Source of the DNA: a virus
Direction: 5' to 3' (one strand)
DNA length: 64,000 nucleotides
Virus record (IMG/VR): IMGVR_UViG_3300050821_005389
Span: 32,001 to 96,000 of that record
Below the pieces are notes generated by a model, which worked only from the letters and a program-made list of their open reading frames with translations, was not told where the DNA came from and did not search any database. Positions 47,495-56,107 of this stretch are shown one piece after another. Position 1 is the first letter of the stretch; each line of letters begins with the position of its first letter. The position numbers and the translations under genes are program-made.

Positions 47495-48216
47495 TCAAAC
47501 CTCACGTAAATGTCGCCCATTAAGGAATTGTTACCTTCATACTGTATCAGTTTACCCTGTAGAAATCCAGGCGTGACCCAGCCGCTTAATTCGAACTGTT
47601 CCGGAGCGTGGTTCAATGTATAATTGGTTTCATACCAGCCTAGAGAATCTAGATGATCAAAAACTTCATCTACCATAAACAAAACTTCCGGAGTGAATTC
47701 AAACGACAGCAAGTTGACTGGTTGGGATAGTCCGCGCACGACGTTGGGCTCGTAGCCTTCGACATCTATCTTGATGAAGTCCGGAACGCCGAACTGTTCG
47801 ATTAACAGGTCGAGTGTTACGACCTCGACCGATTCCGACTGGTACCAGTGCATATCGCCGAACCTTCCCGATTTCCCGACTTCTTTTACGAAGCGATTGG
47901 ACATAGATGCTGTCGTGGACACGTTTCCGGGTTTGCAAATTAAATCTTTGCCGATGAAACTTCCTACGGCTTTGTTAACGACTGTGACATTGGTATTCTC
48001 AAATTTACTGGTCAAGACTGTTGAGCATTCTAGGAGAGGTTCGACGGCTATGACTTTATCGGCCAGTTCGGAAAATAAAATCGTTTTCTCACCGATATTA
48101 GCGCCGATGTCGAAAACCAGATCGTCTTTTCCTATCAGTTGGGCGAAAAAAGTCATAGGCGGATCCAATGTGTTGGACATAAGTCCCTTGTATCGATTGA
48201 TTCGTTCACGAACCAT
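47491..48216 (-). CDS. FkbM-family methyltransferase
   Basis: VFDIGANIG, VIAVEP, VTLD, DFIKIDVEGYE. True start may be ATG 48180. Confidence 0.9.
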   Translation of the reverse strand: MVRERINRYKGLMSNTLDPPMTFFAQLIGKDDLVFDIGANIGEKTILFSELADKVIAVEPLLECSTVLTSKFENTNVTVVNKAVGSFIGKDLICKPGNVSTTASMSNRFVKEVGKSGRFGDMHWYQSESVEVVTLDLLIEQFGVPDFIKIDVEGYEPNVVRGLSQPVNLLSFEFTPEVLFMVDEVFDHLDSLGWYETNYTLNHAPEQFELSGWVTPGFLQGKLIQYEGNNSLMGDIYVRFE

Positions 48217-48896
48217 TTCTTAGGTGCTATAGATATTCTACCAGGGCGATCCCCGAGGTAATTAGCCCACCAAGAAAATGACGAGTTGGCACCGATGCCG
48301 TGACAACATTTAGACATTAAATGTAGCTCGTCCCGAGACGTGGGGCAGTGAAGAACCTGATAGGGCATATTTTTTCGGCACCAATCGAGGTCGTCTGAAA
48401 AAACCAAAAAACACGGATCTTCAACCCGTTCTTTTATGTAGTTAATCGCTGTTTCGTAATAGCTGTTTAGATCGACCCCGTGGTACTCTCTGGTTCCGCT
48501 ATTGAGGTAATCACCTCGTCGTATATGGATGAAAACTGTATTTCTAAATTTGAAAGAGTCTCCCCAAGGCGGCGGTTCTTTAAAACCAACTTCCTTACGG
48601 ATTATATCAGCATAATCTTTAAAATATCTTGGTGACTGCCAGTAACCACGATAGTAACTTTCTGGATCAGCATCGAAAACTCCGGGATCGAATGCAAACC
48701 CTGGTTCTTCATAAATAGGGCCGGAAGGGCGCGGAACAAAATCAAGATTCAAATTATAGCGAATCAATTCATAATCTCTCGTTGCTCGCTCGAGATAGAA
48801 TTGGAGTGGTAAACCTCGTTTCAAAGAAAGAGCACGACCAAAAGCATATTGAAAAAGTTGATTGCCTGTTCCACCACAAACCATCCGTACAATCAT
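48153..48896 (-). CDS. Glycosyltransferase family 11 (alpha-1,2-fucosyltransferase-like)
   Basis: GGTGNQLFQYA, GYWQS, IHIRRGDY, VFSDD, ANSSFSWWA. ATG 48896 overlaps the upstream stop. Confidence 0.9.
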   Translation of the reverse strand: MIVRMVCGGTGNQLFQYAFGRALSLKRGLPLQFYLERATRDYELIRYNLNLDFVPRPSGPIYEEPGFAFDPGVFDADPESYYRGYWQSPRYFKDYADIIRKEVGFKEPPPWGDSFKFRNTVFIHIRRGDYLNSGTREYHGVDLNSYYETAINYIKERVEDPCFLVFSDDLDWCRKNMPYQVLHCPTSRDELHLMSKCCHGIGANSSFSWWANYLGDRPGRISIAPKKWFVNESIDTRDLCPTHWIRL

Positions 48897-49546
48897 ACTT
48901 GTCCTGAATACATCTTTTCCATCCACTGTTCACTAGGATCGTACTGCCAAGCACCGTAACCCACATTAGGGTAGTGCCAAGAAATCCCTCTAGGCATATT
49001 GCCTTTTTTCATCTCCGGATGCTTTCCCATAACATCTCCGACAAAAATATCCTCGGCCCATGTTTCCGGCTCGGCTGCCACGACCAGTTCGGCCGCTCGT
49101 CGTGATAAGAAATAGCCGAACCCGCCGGACGCCCACGGAAAAGTTTGGGGATTATACCAGTCTTTCTTCTCTCGATCAATGGCGTGGTAAGGAAATGTTA
49201 CGTCCCACGGTTTGCTGTTTACACCGAAATAATCGTAATTCTCAAAGCCGGACTTCATTAATAAATCAACGGCAACAAAAGTGTCGGTGTCTGCCAAAAA
49301 TACGTATGAATAATCTCTTTTAAGTGCCCATTTCAAGATGGTTCGAGTCTTATACGGTAAACCTTCGTAAGAATCGGGGGTATCAAGCCAAACCTCATCT
49401 TGGCGAAGCGGCAATAAAATTCCCGATCCGTTTCCTAAAAAGAAACGCAAATCGCCTTTAACATCACAACCCCACGTATTTCTTATCGGATTATGAAACC
49501 CGCCGTCTCGATGAGCAAAACAGCTTTTGATAGCAAAAAGGATCAA
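48893..49546 (-). CDS. Glycosyltransferase, GT31 / Fringe-like (paralog of 39445-40092)
   Basis: IRNTW, DSYEGLPYKT, FLADTDTFV, ASGGFGYFLS, WAEDIFVG. Confidence 0.8.
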   Translation of the reverse strand: MILFAIKSCFAHRDGGFHNPIRNTWGCDVKGDLRFFLGNGSGILLPLRQDEVWLDTPDSYEGLPYKTRTILKWALKRDYSYVFLADTDTFVAVDLLMKSGFENYDYFGVNSKPWDVTFPYHAIDREKKDWYNPQTFPWASGGFGYFLSRRAAELVVAAEPETWAEDIFVGDVMGKHPEMKKGNMPRGISWHYPNVGYGAWQYDPSEQWMEKMYSGQV

Positions 49547-50331
49547 CGAGTTATTGGTTCCTTATACTCAATTCTTTCGTAATCTACTTGTCCCGTTCCA
49601 AGCACATATTTACGAATACCCCGTTTATCAAAACACGGTCGCGCTTTACTAGATGCCCGTCTGCGATATTGATTATAGCGCTCACTGTCTTCGCCCTTCT
49701 GTTCAGAAATTTGTACAGTAGGGACGACAGCTACACGGAAACAAGCTCGTTTGGCGTCGATGAACCATGCGCCGTGCTCGCCACCCCCGATCTTCACATC
49801 GTCATCCCAATGCACAACTTTAAGTACATCGGCTCGAATCAAGGAACAGTTGATCGTTAAGTCACAATCAACAAACCAAAGATCTTCATAGCCAGAAATA
49901 CAAACAGGATGTTCGATTATTGTATCACCACGATCCTCTAGAGTAAATTCATACGGTCCCCGAACGCGACCACCCACGATATCCACGTCGGTGTGATCTA
50001 GTACATCAGTTAATTTTTCTAGTCCCTTTCTAGCCGTCGGCGGCCTGAAATCGAAATCATCGCTCGCCATAAAAAGATAGGGTGTGTCTAGAGACTGAGC
50101 CAATGCATTGGACATCCGACCGAACCCGGCATCATAATCCAGCCAAATAACTTTATGGCCCGAACGGATAAGATCGGCGTAAATGCCATCCTTTTCTTCG
50201 TTGTGTTCTCCACAATCGGCAACCGTAATTTTTACCTCGGGCATGGTATCTCTAATAGCACCGAGAGTATTGAAAAGTTTATGATCTCTTAAAAAAGTGC
50301 GGACGCCAATCGTAACTTTTTCTAGTGTCAC
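49543..50331 (-). CDS. GT-A glycosyltransferase resembling GT12 (B4GALNT-type) / GT2
   Basis: VTIGVRTFLR, ITVAD, TPYLFMASDDFDF, LEKLTDVL...DIVGG, EHGAWFID. Confidence 0.7.
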   Translation of the reverse strand: MTLEKVTIGVRTFLRDHKLFNTLGAIRDTMPEVKITVADCGEHNEEKDGIYADLIRSGHKVIWLDYDAGFGRMSNALAQSLDTPYLFMASDDFDFRPPTARKGLEKLTDVLDHTDVDIVGGRVRGPYEFTLEDRGDTIIEHPVCISGYEDLWFVDCDLTINCSLIRADVLKVVHWDDDVKIGGGEHGAWFIDAKRACFRVAVVPTVQISEQKGEDSERYNQYRRRASSKARPCFDKRGIRKYVLGTGQVDYERIEYKEPITR

Positions 50332-50528
50332 GGTCTGCTCCCCGGAGCGATTAAACCGAAATTAATCTTTCTAGCGATTTGTTGCTGTTTCCGTTTCAGC
50401 TTATCTTTCCTACGCTGTTTCTTTTTGGCTGCTTTCCAGCCGGCTTTTCTGATCGATTTCTCTTTGGCACGTTTTTCTACGGCTTCACGTGCTTCGGCGA
50501 TTTTTTGTTCTAGAATTAAATCACCCAC
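50328..50528 (-). CDS. Small basic hypothetical protein
   Basis: 66 aa, Lys/Arg-rich, coupled to the GT operon. Confidence 0.5.
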   Translation of the reverse strand: MGDLILEQKIAEAREAVEKRAKEKSIRKAGWKAAKKKQRRKDKLKRKQQQIARKINFGLIAPGSRP

Positions 50529-50616
50529 GGTGATCCCACAAAACGAGTATCATATAAAAAGATTCCAGTATGATGACTATTAATAAAGCGATGTTGAATA
50601 GACCACGACCTTTCAC
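50521..50616 (-). CDS. 31-aa single-TM peptide not in the ORF track
   Basis: MKGRGLFNIALLIVIILESFYMILVLWDHRG; GTGA overlap with the upstream stop; fills the gap exactly. Confidence 0.5.
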   Translation of the reverse strand: MKGRGLFNIALLIVIILESFYMILVLWDHRG

Positions 50617-51062
50617 CAGACATCCTTAAAAGCGCCTTGCTCGGCTAGATTCAACATGCAATTTTGCCATGCTGTTCCGTGATTTTCCTGATAGTCTGCG
50701 CCTTTGCCTTCTTTCTCGTATCGCTCCCAGATCAAAATGTGGCAGCTTTCGTGACTAATTGAAAGTACCTCCTCATTCAGCGTTGGGTTATAGGTTGGTG
50801 AAATACGTATTTTATACCAATGGCCGCCTAAAGCATGTTCTGTATCAGCCATAAAAACGTGATTGGGTTTTGAATCAATAATATCTTCTTCTACGACTTC
50901 AGCATTCGGCAACTGCCCGAGAAAATAGGTTTCATTATAATAGTCAAACAGGGATTTCGGATCGGCGGACAAGTGATGCTTTTTAGGAGAAGCTTGGACT
51001 AAAATAGCGATAATCAGTGTAACCGGAATGACGCCTATCAAAAAGTATCGTATGTGCCGCAT
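50613..51062 (-). CDS. SprT-like zinc metalloprotease with N-terminal signal/anchor
   Basis: FDYYNETYF...LP, SHESCHI (HExxH), HGTAWQ. ATG 51062 follows AGGAG. Hydrophobic FLIGVIPVTLIIAILVQA. Confidence 0.75.
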   Translation of the reverse strand: MRHIRYFLIGVIPVTLIIAILVQASPKKHHLSADPKSLFDYYNETYFLGQLPNAEVVEEDIIDSKPNHVFMADTEHALGGHWYKIRISPTYNPTLNEEVLSISHESCHILIWERYEKEGKGADYQENHGTAWQNCMLNLAEQGAFKDVW

Positions 51063-51078
51063 AACTATCTCCTGCACA

Positions 51079-51107
51079 ATATTACGATTAATCTGAGGTA
51101 TTGTCAA
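51079..51107 (-). promoter_or_regulatory. Sigma70-type promoter upstream of the protease and glycan operon
   Basis: TTGACA-N17-TAATAT on the minus strand, directly before the AGGAG RBS of 51062. Confidence 0.65.
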
Positions 51108-51873
51108 TAGTAAATCCTCCAACAGTTCGTTGATCGCGGCCAAAAGTAAAGAGCGTGCGACCATGAAACGGGTCGGGCTGAAACGGTACAATTAACTTTT
51201 TCCGGAACGTCATGGCAATTTCGTGGCAATATTGGATATATTCTCGGTATTGTTTCCTGATTCTGCGTTCAAATTTATCTTCGTCTTCTCGTTCAGTTAT
51301 GGCTGCGCAAACCGCCTCTGCCCACGCCTTCTCTTCGGCCAGAGAATCGGCTACAAAGTTCTCTTCCGAGATACCATCGAAAATAAAATTGATATGAAAC
51401 TCGAACTTCTTCTTTCTAGGATTATAGATGTAAACGTTTGACTGACGTTCGCTCCCGTAATTGGCTCTTTGAATATCCGCGGCCGTCACGAGATCAATAC
51501 GAGGTACTTTTTCTCGCACGACAGGCAGCCAGATACGATCCTCATCTTTAATAACCCGGCCATTTTTGTATCGGACTATCCGAAGAGCCTTACCAATACT
51601 AATGAACTCATCCGCTCTATAATACGTGACGTAGCGCCGACAGCGACATGACTTTGGGAGAGGATAGTAGTCAATACCGTCGATGACTTCCCGATCGACT
51701 ACGGCATCCCAACTTTCTTTCTTGGTTAATCCTGGTATCTTGCCTAGATCCTTTTCCTTATGACTACGAATCTTCTCGACGTACCGCTCGTCGATTTTTA
51801 AACTGTCGGCAGTTCGAATTATAGGTTGGATTTTACAACTATGGACAAGTACGGGATAATGAATTGTCTTCAA
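51088..51873 (-). CDS. Hypothetical protein
   Basis: 261 aa, charged, no recognised motif. Confidence 0.6.
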   Translation of the reverse strand: MKTIHYPVLVHSCKIQPIIRTADSLKIDERYVEKIRSHKEKDLGKIPGLTKKESWDAVVDREVIDGIDYYPLPKSCRCRRYVTYYRADEFISIGKALRIVRYKNGRVIKDEDRIWLPVVREKVPRIDLVTAADIQRANYGSERQSNVYIYNPRKKKFEFHINFIFDGISEENFVADSLAEEKAWAEAVCAAITEREDEDKFERRIRKQYREYIQYCHEIAMTFRKKLIVPFQPDPFHGRTLFTFGRDQRTVGGFTIDNTSD

Positions 51874-52259
51874 CTTCTGGGCCTGCCTTTGCGCTTTCCA
51901 GCTTTTTTACCGGTATCGGCTCGTAATCCTTCTGCGGCTCTCTTAATCGATCTTATAATAGAATTAATGCTGTTATAAGTTTTATTCAACTCTTGGGCGA
52001 TTTGACCGCGGCTCCACTGTTGATTGAAATACAAATAGGCTACTCTGGCCCAGATGCCGGCCCGTTCGCGCTGTTTAGAATCAGTTTCCAACTGGGGGAA
52101 TACACGAATCAAGAACAAACGGATGTCGTCTTGACTGTGCGCCCACACCGGCGCCTTTTTTCTAGGTCGCCGTATTTTAAGAATCTGATGACCCCACGTC
52201 ATAAAAGGGTCTTGACTATCTATATGCTTTCGGAGTTCTCCGAAGCTGTCAATAGCCAA
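51870..52259 (-). CDS. HTH DNA-binding protein (sigma region-4-like)
   Basis: LYFNQQWSRGQIAQELNKTYNSINSIIRSIK; AT-hook-like KGRPR tail. Confidence 0.65.
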   Translation of the reverse strand: MAIDSFGELRKHIDSQDPFMTWGHQILKIRRPRKKAPVWAHSQDDIRLFLIRVFPQLETDSKQRERAGIWARVAYLYFNQQWSRGQIAQELNKTYNSINSIIRSIKRAAEGLRADTGKKAGKRKGRPRS

Positions 52260-52452
52260 TATCTTGATCCGGTGCGTATGGTTCCGAATCGTCTGTTATC
52301 TCAGGCATGTTTTCTCGCCAATCGTTAGCTGATAATGACAGATCGATTCGTTTTTGTATTGTTTTATCGGCGCAATTTGAACACATGCCGTTCCAAGCCT
52401 TGTTACCTTTCCCAGTACACAGTTTGCTAATTTTAGCTTTGCAAATCATCAC
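52249..52452 (-). CDS. Small Cys-containing hypothetical protein
   Basis: 67 aa with four Cys including CSNC. Confidence 0.5.
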   Translation of the reverse strand: MMICKAKISKLCTGKGNKAWNGMCSNCADKTIQKRIDLSLSANDWRENMPEITDDSEPYAPDQDIGY

Positions 52453-52676
52453 TCCCTCACTTTGCTTTGACCGCTCTGAAATGATTTGTCAAACTGAAAT
52501 TCTTGAAAGTGTACGTCTTCGTCTCGAGAATCGCTGTTATGTACAAAACGTCCTACGGCGGCAAGCTGATGGGCGCGGGGATGAAAGCGACATATATAAC
52601 GGGCATCTTTACTAACTGCCTCCTCAGTCTTGAATACTTCTTGACAACCACGGACCTGACAAACTATTTCGTTCAA
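52449..52676 (-). CDS. Small hypothetical protein
   Basis: 75 aa with CQVRGC...ICRFH. Confidence 0.5.
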   Translation of the reverse strand: MNEIVCQVRGCQEVFKTEEAVSKDARYICRFHPRAHQLAAVGRFVHNSDSRDEDVHFQEFQFDKSFQSGQSKVRE

Positions 52677-53884
52677 TCCACTCCTTCTGGTTCGGGCTCA
52701 TCCTCGAAAAAATCATCTTCTGGACTGGCTATTTTAAAGTGTTCATCTCGGTATGCGGTGTCATTTAAACTAAACGCCTTGAAATACGGATCGTGGCGAT
52801 CGTCTTGTGGATAAACTATGCTAAAAGTGTCCGGCCAATCGTTGTTTTTCCAACTGTTAACGATTTGAACTATTTGTCTAGCGGCTACAGAAGCGGCACT
52901 CCTGGCAAACTCTTCTGTAATACGGCCGGCGTTAAATTGAATCCTCTGACGAGTAAATCCTGAATCTGATACCGGATAACCGTTATCTGCTAGCCACGCT
53001 GATTTACGTTCTTTTGCTGCCTTAGTAGTATCTAAACTACCGTCTGCTTTCTTTCCTTGCGCTTCGGCCATCGCATCCAGTGCCATTTGACTGCTTACTA
53101 AAAAGGCGCCGACATCTGTTGGTTCGGCGACAAACATCTCTGTTCCTGCTTTAAAAACATCAATGTCTGTTAAAAGCGTAACTCGAGATCCTTTCTTGTA
53201 ACCAAGGCTTTTCTTAATAAAAGCTAAAAAAGCTACGTCGCGTATTCCAGATTGCCAAGAATACCGTCGGAGCTGTTTGGCGTATGAGGCCATTCCAGGC
53301 CGTTCGTCATAGTCCTGGCCGGATGTCTTGATGTCGATGATTACTGGCCGGAGTAAACCCCATTCCGGTTTCCATTCAATTTTGGGTAATAGTGGATGAT
53401 TAGGATCGACGTAAGAAACTACGTCTAATCTACCTTCATCAAATATCTCTCCATAGTTCTCATCACCAGGGAAGACTTCCTTAGAATATACTCTTTGAAA
53501 AACCGATGCGCCGCCTAGAGGAATTGGTAAAGAAGGTTGCTTTATAATATAAAGCTTGCTCCAATCGGCACCTATTTTGTTACAAGTTTCCCAATCTTTT
53601 TCTACTCTTGTGTAAAGTAAGTTAGCTTCTTTCGCTGGCGCCCAAAGTTCTTGGAACTTCTCAACCATTCCTTTACCACCGTTGTCGTGGTGAAACTCCA
53701 AAGCTTGCTCGACTGCTTTGCCAAGAGCAAATCGCGCCATATCGTCCTTCTCGATCCAACCGACGACACGTCTGAGATAGTAGCGACTAGGCGATTTATC
53801 GTAATCCAGCCCAGCCGAATAGCTGTGTTTTTGATGCGGTTTTCCATCTTGTCTAATATACAGACAGGCCAATAGCCGCTCCAT
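52673..53884 (-). CDS. PD-(D/E)xK nuclease (RecB-like exonuclease)
   Basis: HSYSA...SPSRYY, LGKAVE, GRLDVV, IIDIKTS, KQLRRY. Confidence 0.8.
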   Translation of the reverse strand: MERLLACLYIRQDGKPHQKHSYSAGLDYDKSPSRYYLRRVVGWIEKDDMARFALGKAVEQALEFHHDNGGKGMVEKFQELWAPAKEANLLYTRVEKDWETCNKIGADWSKLYIIKQPSLPIPLGGASVFQRVYSKEVFPGDENYGEIFDEGRLDVVSYVDPNHPLLPKIEWKPEWGLLRPVIIDIKTSGQDYDERPGMASYAKQLRRYSWQSGIRDVAFLAFIKKSLGYKKGSRVTLLTDIDVFKAGTEMFVAEPTDVGAFLVSSQMALDAMAEAQGKKADGSLDTTKAAKERKSAWLADNGYPVSDSGFTRQRIQFNAGRITEEFARSAASVAARQIVQIVNSWKNNDWPDTFSIVYPQDDRHDPYFKAFSLNDTAYRDEHFKIASPEDDFFEDEPEPEGVD

Positions 53885-55451
53885 GTTTTACAATACGATC
53901 TTGATACGGTAAAAGATACATACTTAAGTTCTTATGAAAACTTATGTGAAGCTCCTTACAAGCTCTCGACGCGGCCACGAAAAAAATTCTGGCTTCTTCG
54001 TTCAACTCTCCTTCTCTATGCGGCATGACTCCTTGATCGGTACCTATCAAGTATACCACATCTATCTCCATTCCCTTAAATTGGTGTACCGTGGATAGCG
54101 TAAGACTCTTCGCTTTCTTTGCGTGTGTTATTCTACGGATATAATCTAGAAACTCTTTAATCGACTTTCCCTTACTGGCCGCGATTTTGACAATGCCGTT
54201 TAGATTCTCGACAGGACTAGCTTCCATTGGGTTGCCGCTACCGACCTTTGAGTAGATATGAAGCAATCTCTTTTCATGGATAATTCCTTTTAGAACTTCA
54301 TCGGCAGGTTCGTCTGGCGGTGCGCTTTTGGCGTAACTCAGAAGCTTCTTTACTTCATTTTGATCCCAGAGATCCTTACGACCGAGGAAATTACAGCGAA
54401 TTCCTTTAGTAGCACAAATGCGTTGAAACAAGAACAATTGTCGATTGGTACGAGCGATTACGGCAGTGTTTTCGGGATCGGTAATTTTCTTTAAAACCTG
54501 TTCGGCTTCTTCTTCGTCATCTTCGTACTTGGTAATGGTAAACGGTACACCTTCCGGGTTGTAAGTAGTCATCCTAGAAGCCAAACCGTTGTCGACCGGA
54601 AGGATTTCTTTTAAGAAATTTACCAAAGAAGCCGACGACCTGTGATTCGTCCCGAGATACAATACTTTGGCGCCAGGAAACACTCTAGCGAAATTCGTTA
54701 GGTTATTCGGGCGGGCGTCTCTGAACTCGTAGATAAGTTGGTTTTCGTCGCCCACTGCAAACACGTTTCCGTCAAACAAAAGCTGAAGGAGCTTAAATTG
54801 AATCTCAGAACAGTCTTGCGCCTCGTCTACGGAAAGATACTTTCTTTTATACTTGCCTTTTACTTCCTGATTTGTCTCTAGTAGATTGACTGTTTCCAAA
54901 ATAAGATTATCGAAGTCAAGCCAGCCCTGTTCTCTACTTTTAAGCTCATAATCTCGATACCCGAGAGCGTAGAAATATTCGACACCGCTATTTCTAGACT
55001 CATCAATCGCTTGGTCCGGACGAATATTTGAATTCTTCCACGCAGCGATTTTATCCCGTAGAGTTCGCCAGTTGATAGCTCGATTGTAGACATCTACCAA
55101 TTCAAATAACAGCGTGTATTCTTGTAATTCGACCGGTATAATCGTTTCGCAAGTCTCGAACGGTAGTTTATCTCGCTCTTTTTTCAATAACTCCAAACAA
55201 AAACTATGAAATGTGCGGAAAACAGAATCAGCGTCCAGTATCCCTGACCGGGAGGCCATCTCTTGCGCAGCTCCCCTAGTAAAAGTCAAGTTTAGCATAC
55301 TTTCAAAAGGGACGCCGTCTCGAAGCATCTTAAGGTACCGCTCAACAAGGCATCTCGACTTACCGCTACCTGGGCCCGCCAACACCACCCACACTCCGTC
55401 TCGAGCATTAACTACGGTTTGTTGTTCCTCATTAAGAACGACGTTAGACAA
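53853..55451 (-). CDS. UvrD/Rep superfamily 1 helicase
   Basis: LNEEQ, LAGPGSGKS, LTFT, RTFHSF, VDEAQD, VGDENQLIYEFR, NHRS, STVHQFKGME, FFVAASRA. Confidence 0.93.
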   Translation of the reverse strand: MSNVVLNEEQQTVVNARDGVWVVLAGPGSGKSRCLVERYLKMLRDGVPFESMLNLTFTRGAAQEMASRSGILDADSVFRTFHSFCLELLKKERDKLPFETCETIIPVELQEYTLLFELVDVYNRAINWRTLRDKIAAWKNSNIRPDQAIDESRNSGVEYFYALGYRDYELKSREQGWLDFDNLILETVNLLETNQEVKGKYKRKYLSVDEAQDCSEIQFKLLQLLFDGNVFAVGDENQLIYEFRDARPNNLTNFARVFPGAKVLYLGTNHRSSASLVNFLKEILPVDNGLASRMTTYNPEGVPFTITKYEDDEEEAEQVLKKITDPENTAVIARTNRQLFLFQRICATKGIRCNFLGRKDLWDQNEVKKLLSYAKSAPPDEPADEVLKGIIHEKRLLHIYSKVGSGNPMEASPVENLNGIVKIAASKGKSIKEFLDYIRRITHAKKAKSLTLSTVHQFKGMEIDVVYLIGTDQGVMPHREGELNEEARIFFVAASRACKELHISFHKNLSMYLLPYQDRIVKHGAAIGLSVY

Positions 55452-55701
55452 TTTTCTGTCGCCTTACGCGGGTCATTGGATCGCCGGGATCACCGTCTGC
55501 GGATTCAAGGAAATCAGGATCTTTCAACCTCGTCATTATCAAATCGTATGAAGCACCTTCTGAGAATATCTTACGGAAATTATCCGGTTGCAAGATAGGC
55601 ATATTCAGAGCAAAGGAAGGATGAACCCAAGGCCGTTGGCGAAGAATGGCGCTACCATCGTCAAATTCGGCTGTTTCAACTGTTACTCTTACGACTTTCA
55701 A
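55444..55701 (-). CDS. Hypothetical protein
   Basis: 85 aa, coupled overlaps. Confidence 0.5.
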   Translation of the reverse strand: MKVVRVTVETAEFDDGSAILRQRPWVHPSFALNMPILQPDNFRKIFSEGASYDLIMTRLKDPDFLESADGDPGDPMTRVRRQKIV

Positions 55702-55982
55702 TCTGGATACTCCTTCTTCGGGGGTTTAAACCCCAAAGTCTTACCACCGCTGACTTCTAAAACCCAGCCTATTTGTTTAGCTTCGTATTCGGTCATTTGA
55801 TTCTTCTTACAAAAATCGCTACATTCCACAACGGGAAAAGGAAGATGTAATCTTTCCAAACCTCGGTTGGTGCAGTATACTTTTTCCTGACCCTGTTGCG
55901 GGCCTTTTATGACGTGACCGTAATCACAAGAATCGCAGAGTCTTTTATCAGGCCTAGTTCCATCCAGAATCTTAAAACTCAC
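55698..55982 (-). CDS. Cys-rich hypothetical protein
   Basis: 94 aa with CDSC...YC...CSDF. Confidence 0.55.
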   Translation of the reverse strand: MSFKILDGTRPDKRLCDSCDYGHVIKGPQQGQEKVYCTNRGLERLHLPFPVVECSDFCKKNQMTEYEAKQIGWVLEVSGGKTLGFKPPKKEYPD

Positions 55983-56107
55983 TTAGGTTGTGTTAACCTC
56001 GGCGTCGGTAGATCGGAACGCATCTTTAAAACCCAATCTCGAACTTCGGAGTGAATTAATTTTAAAGGAATTTGAGACGGATAAAGCCAATACCAGATTT
56101 TACGCAT
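55979..56107 (-). CDS. 42-aa hypothetical protein not in the ORF track
   Basis: MRKIWYWLYPSQIPLKLIHSEVRDW... after AAGGAG; its stop overlaps the next GTG. Confidence 0.5.
   Translation of the reverse strand: MRKIWYWLYPSQIPLKLIHSEVRDWVLKMRSDLPTPRLTQPK

Noticed and set aside
37208-50331. Interpretation as a bacterial O-antigen/capsule locus flanking a prophage
   Set aside because: It is bracketed on both sides by phage genes on the same strand with continuous start-stop overlaps and lacks wzx/wzy/wzm/kps genes. Misassembly cannot be fully excluded without reads.
52673-53884. Cas4-like nuclease suggesting a CRISPR system
   Set aside because: No Fe-S cysteine set, no other cas genes and no array; the context is recombination.
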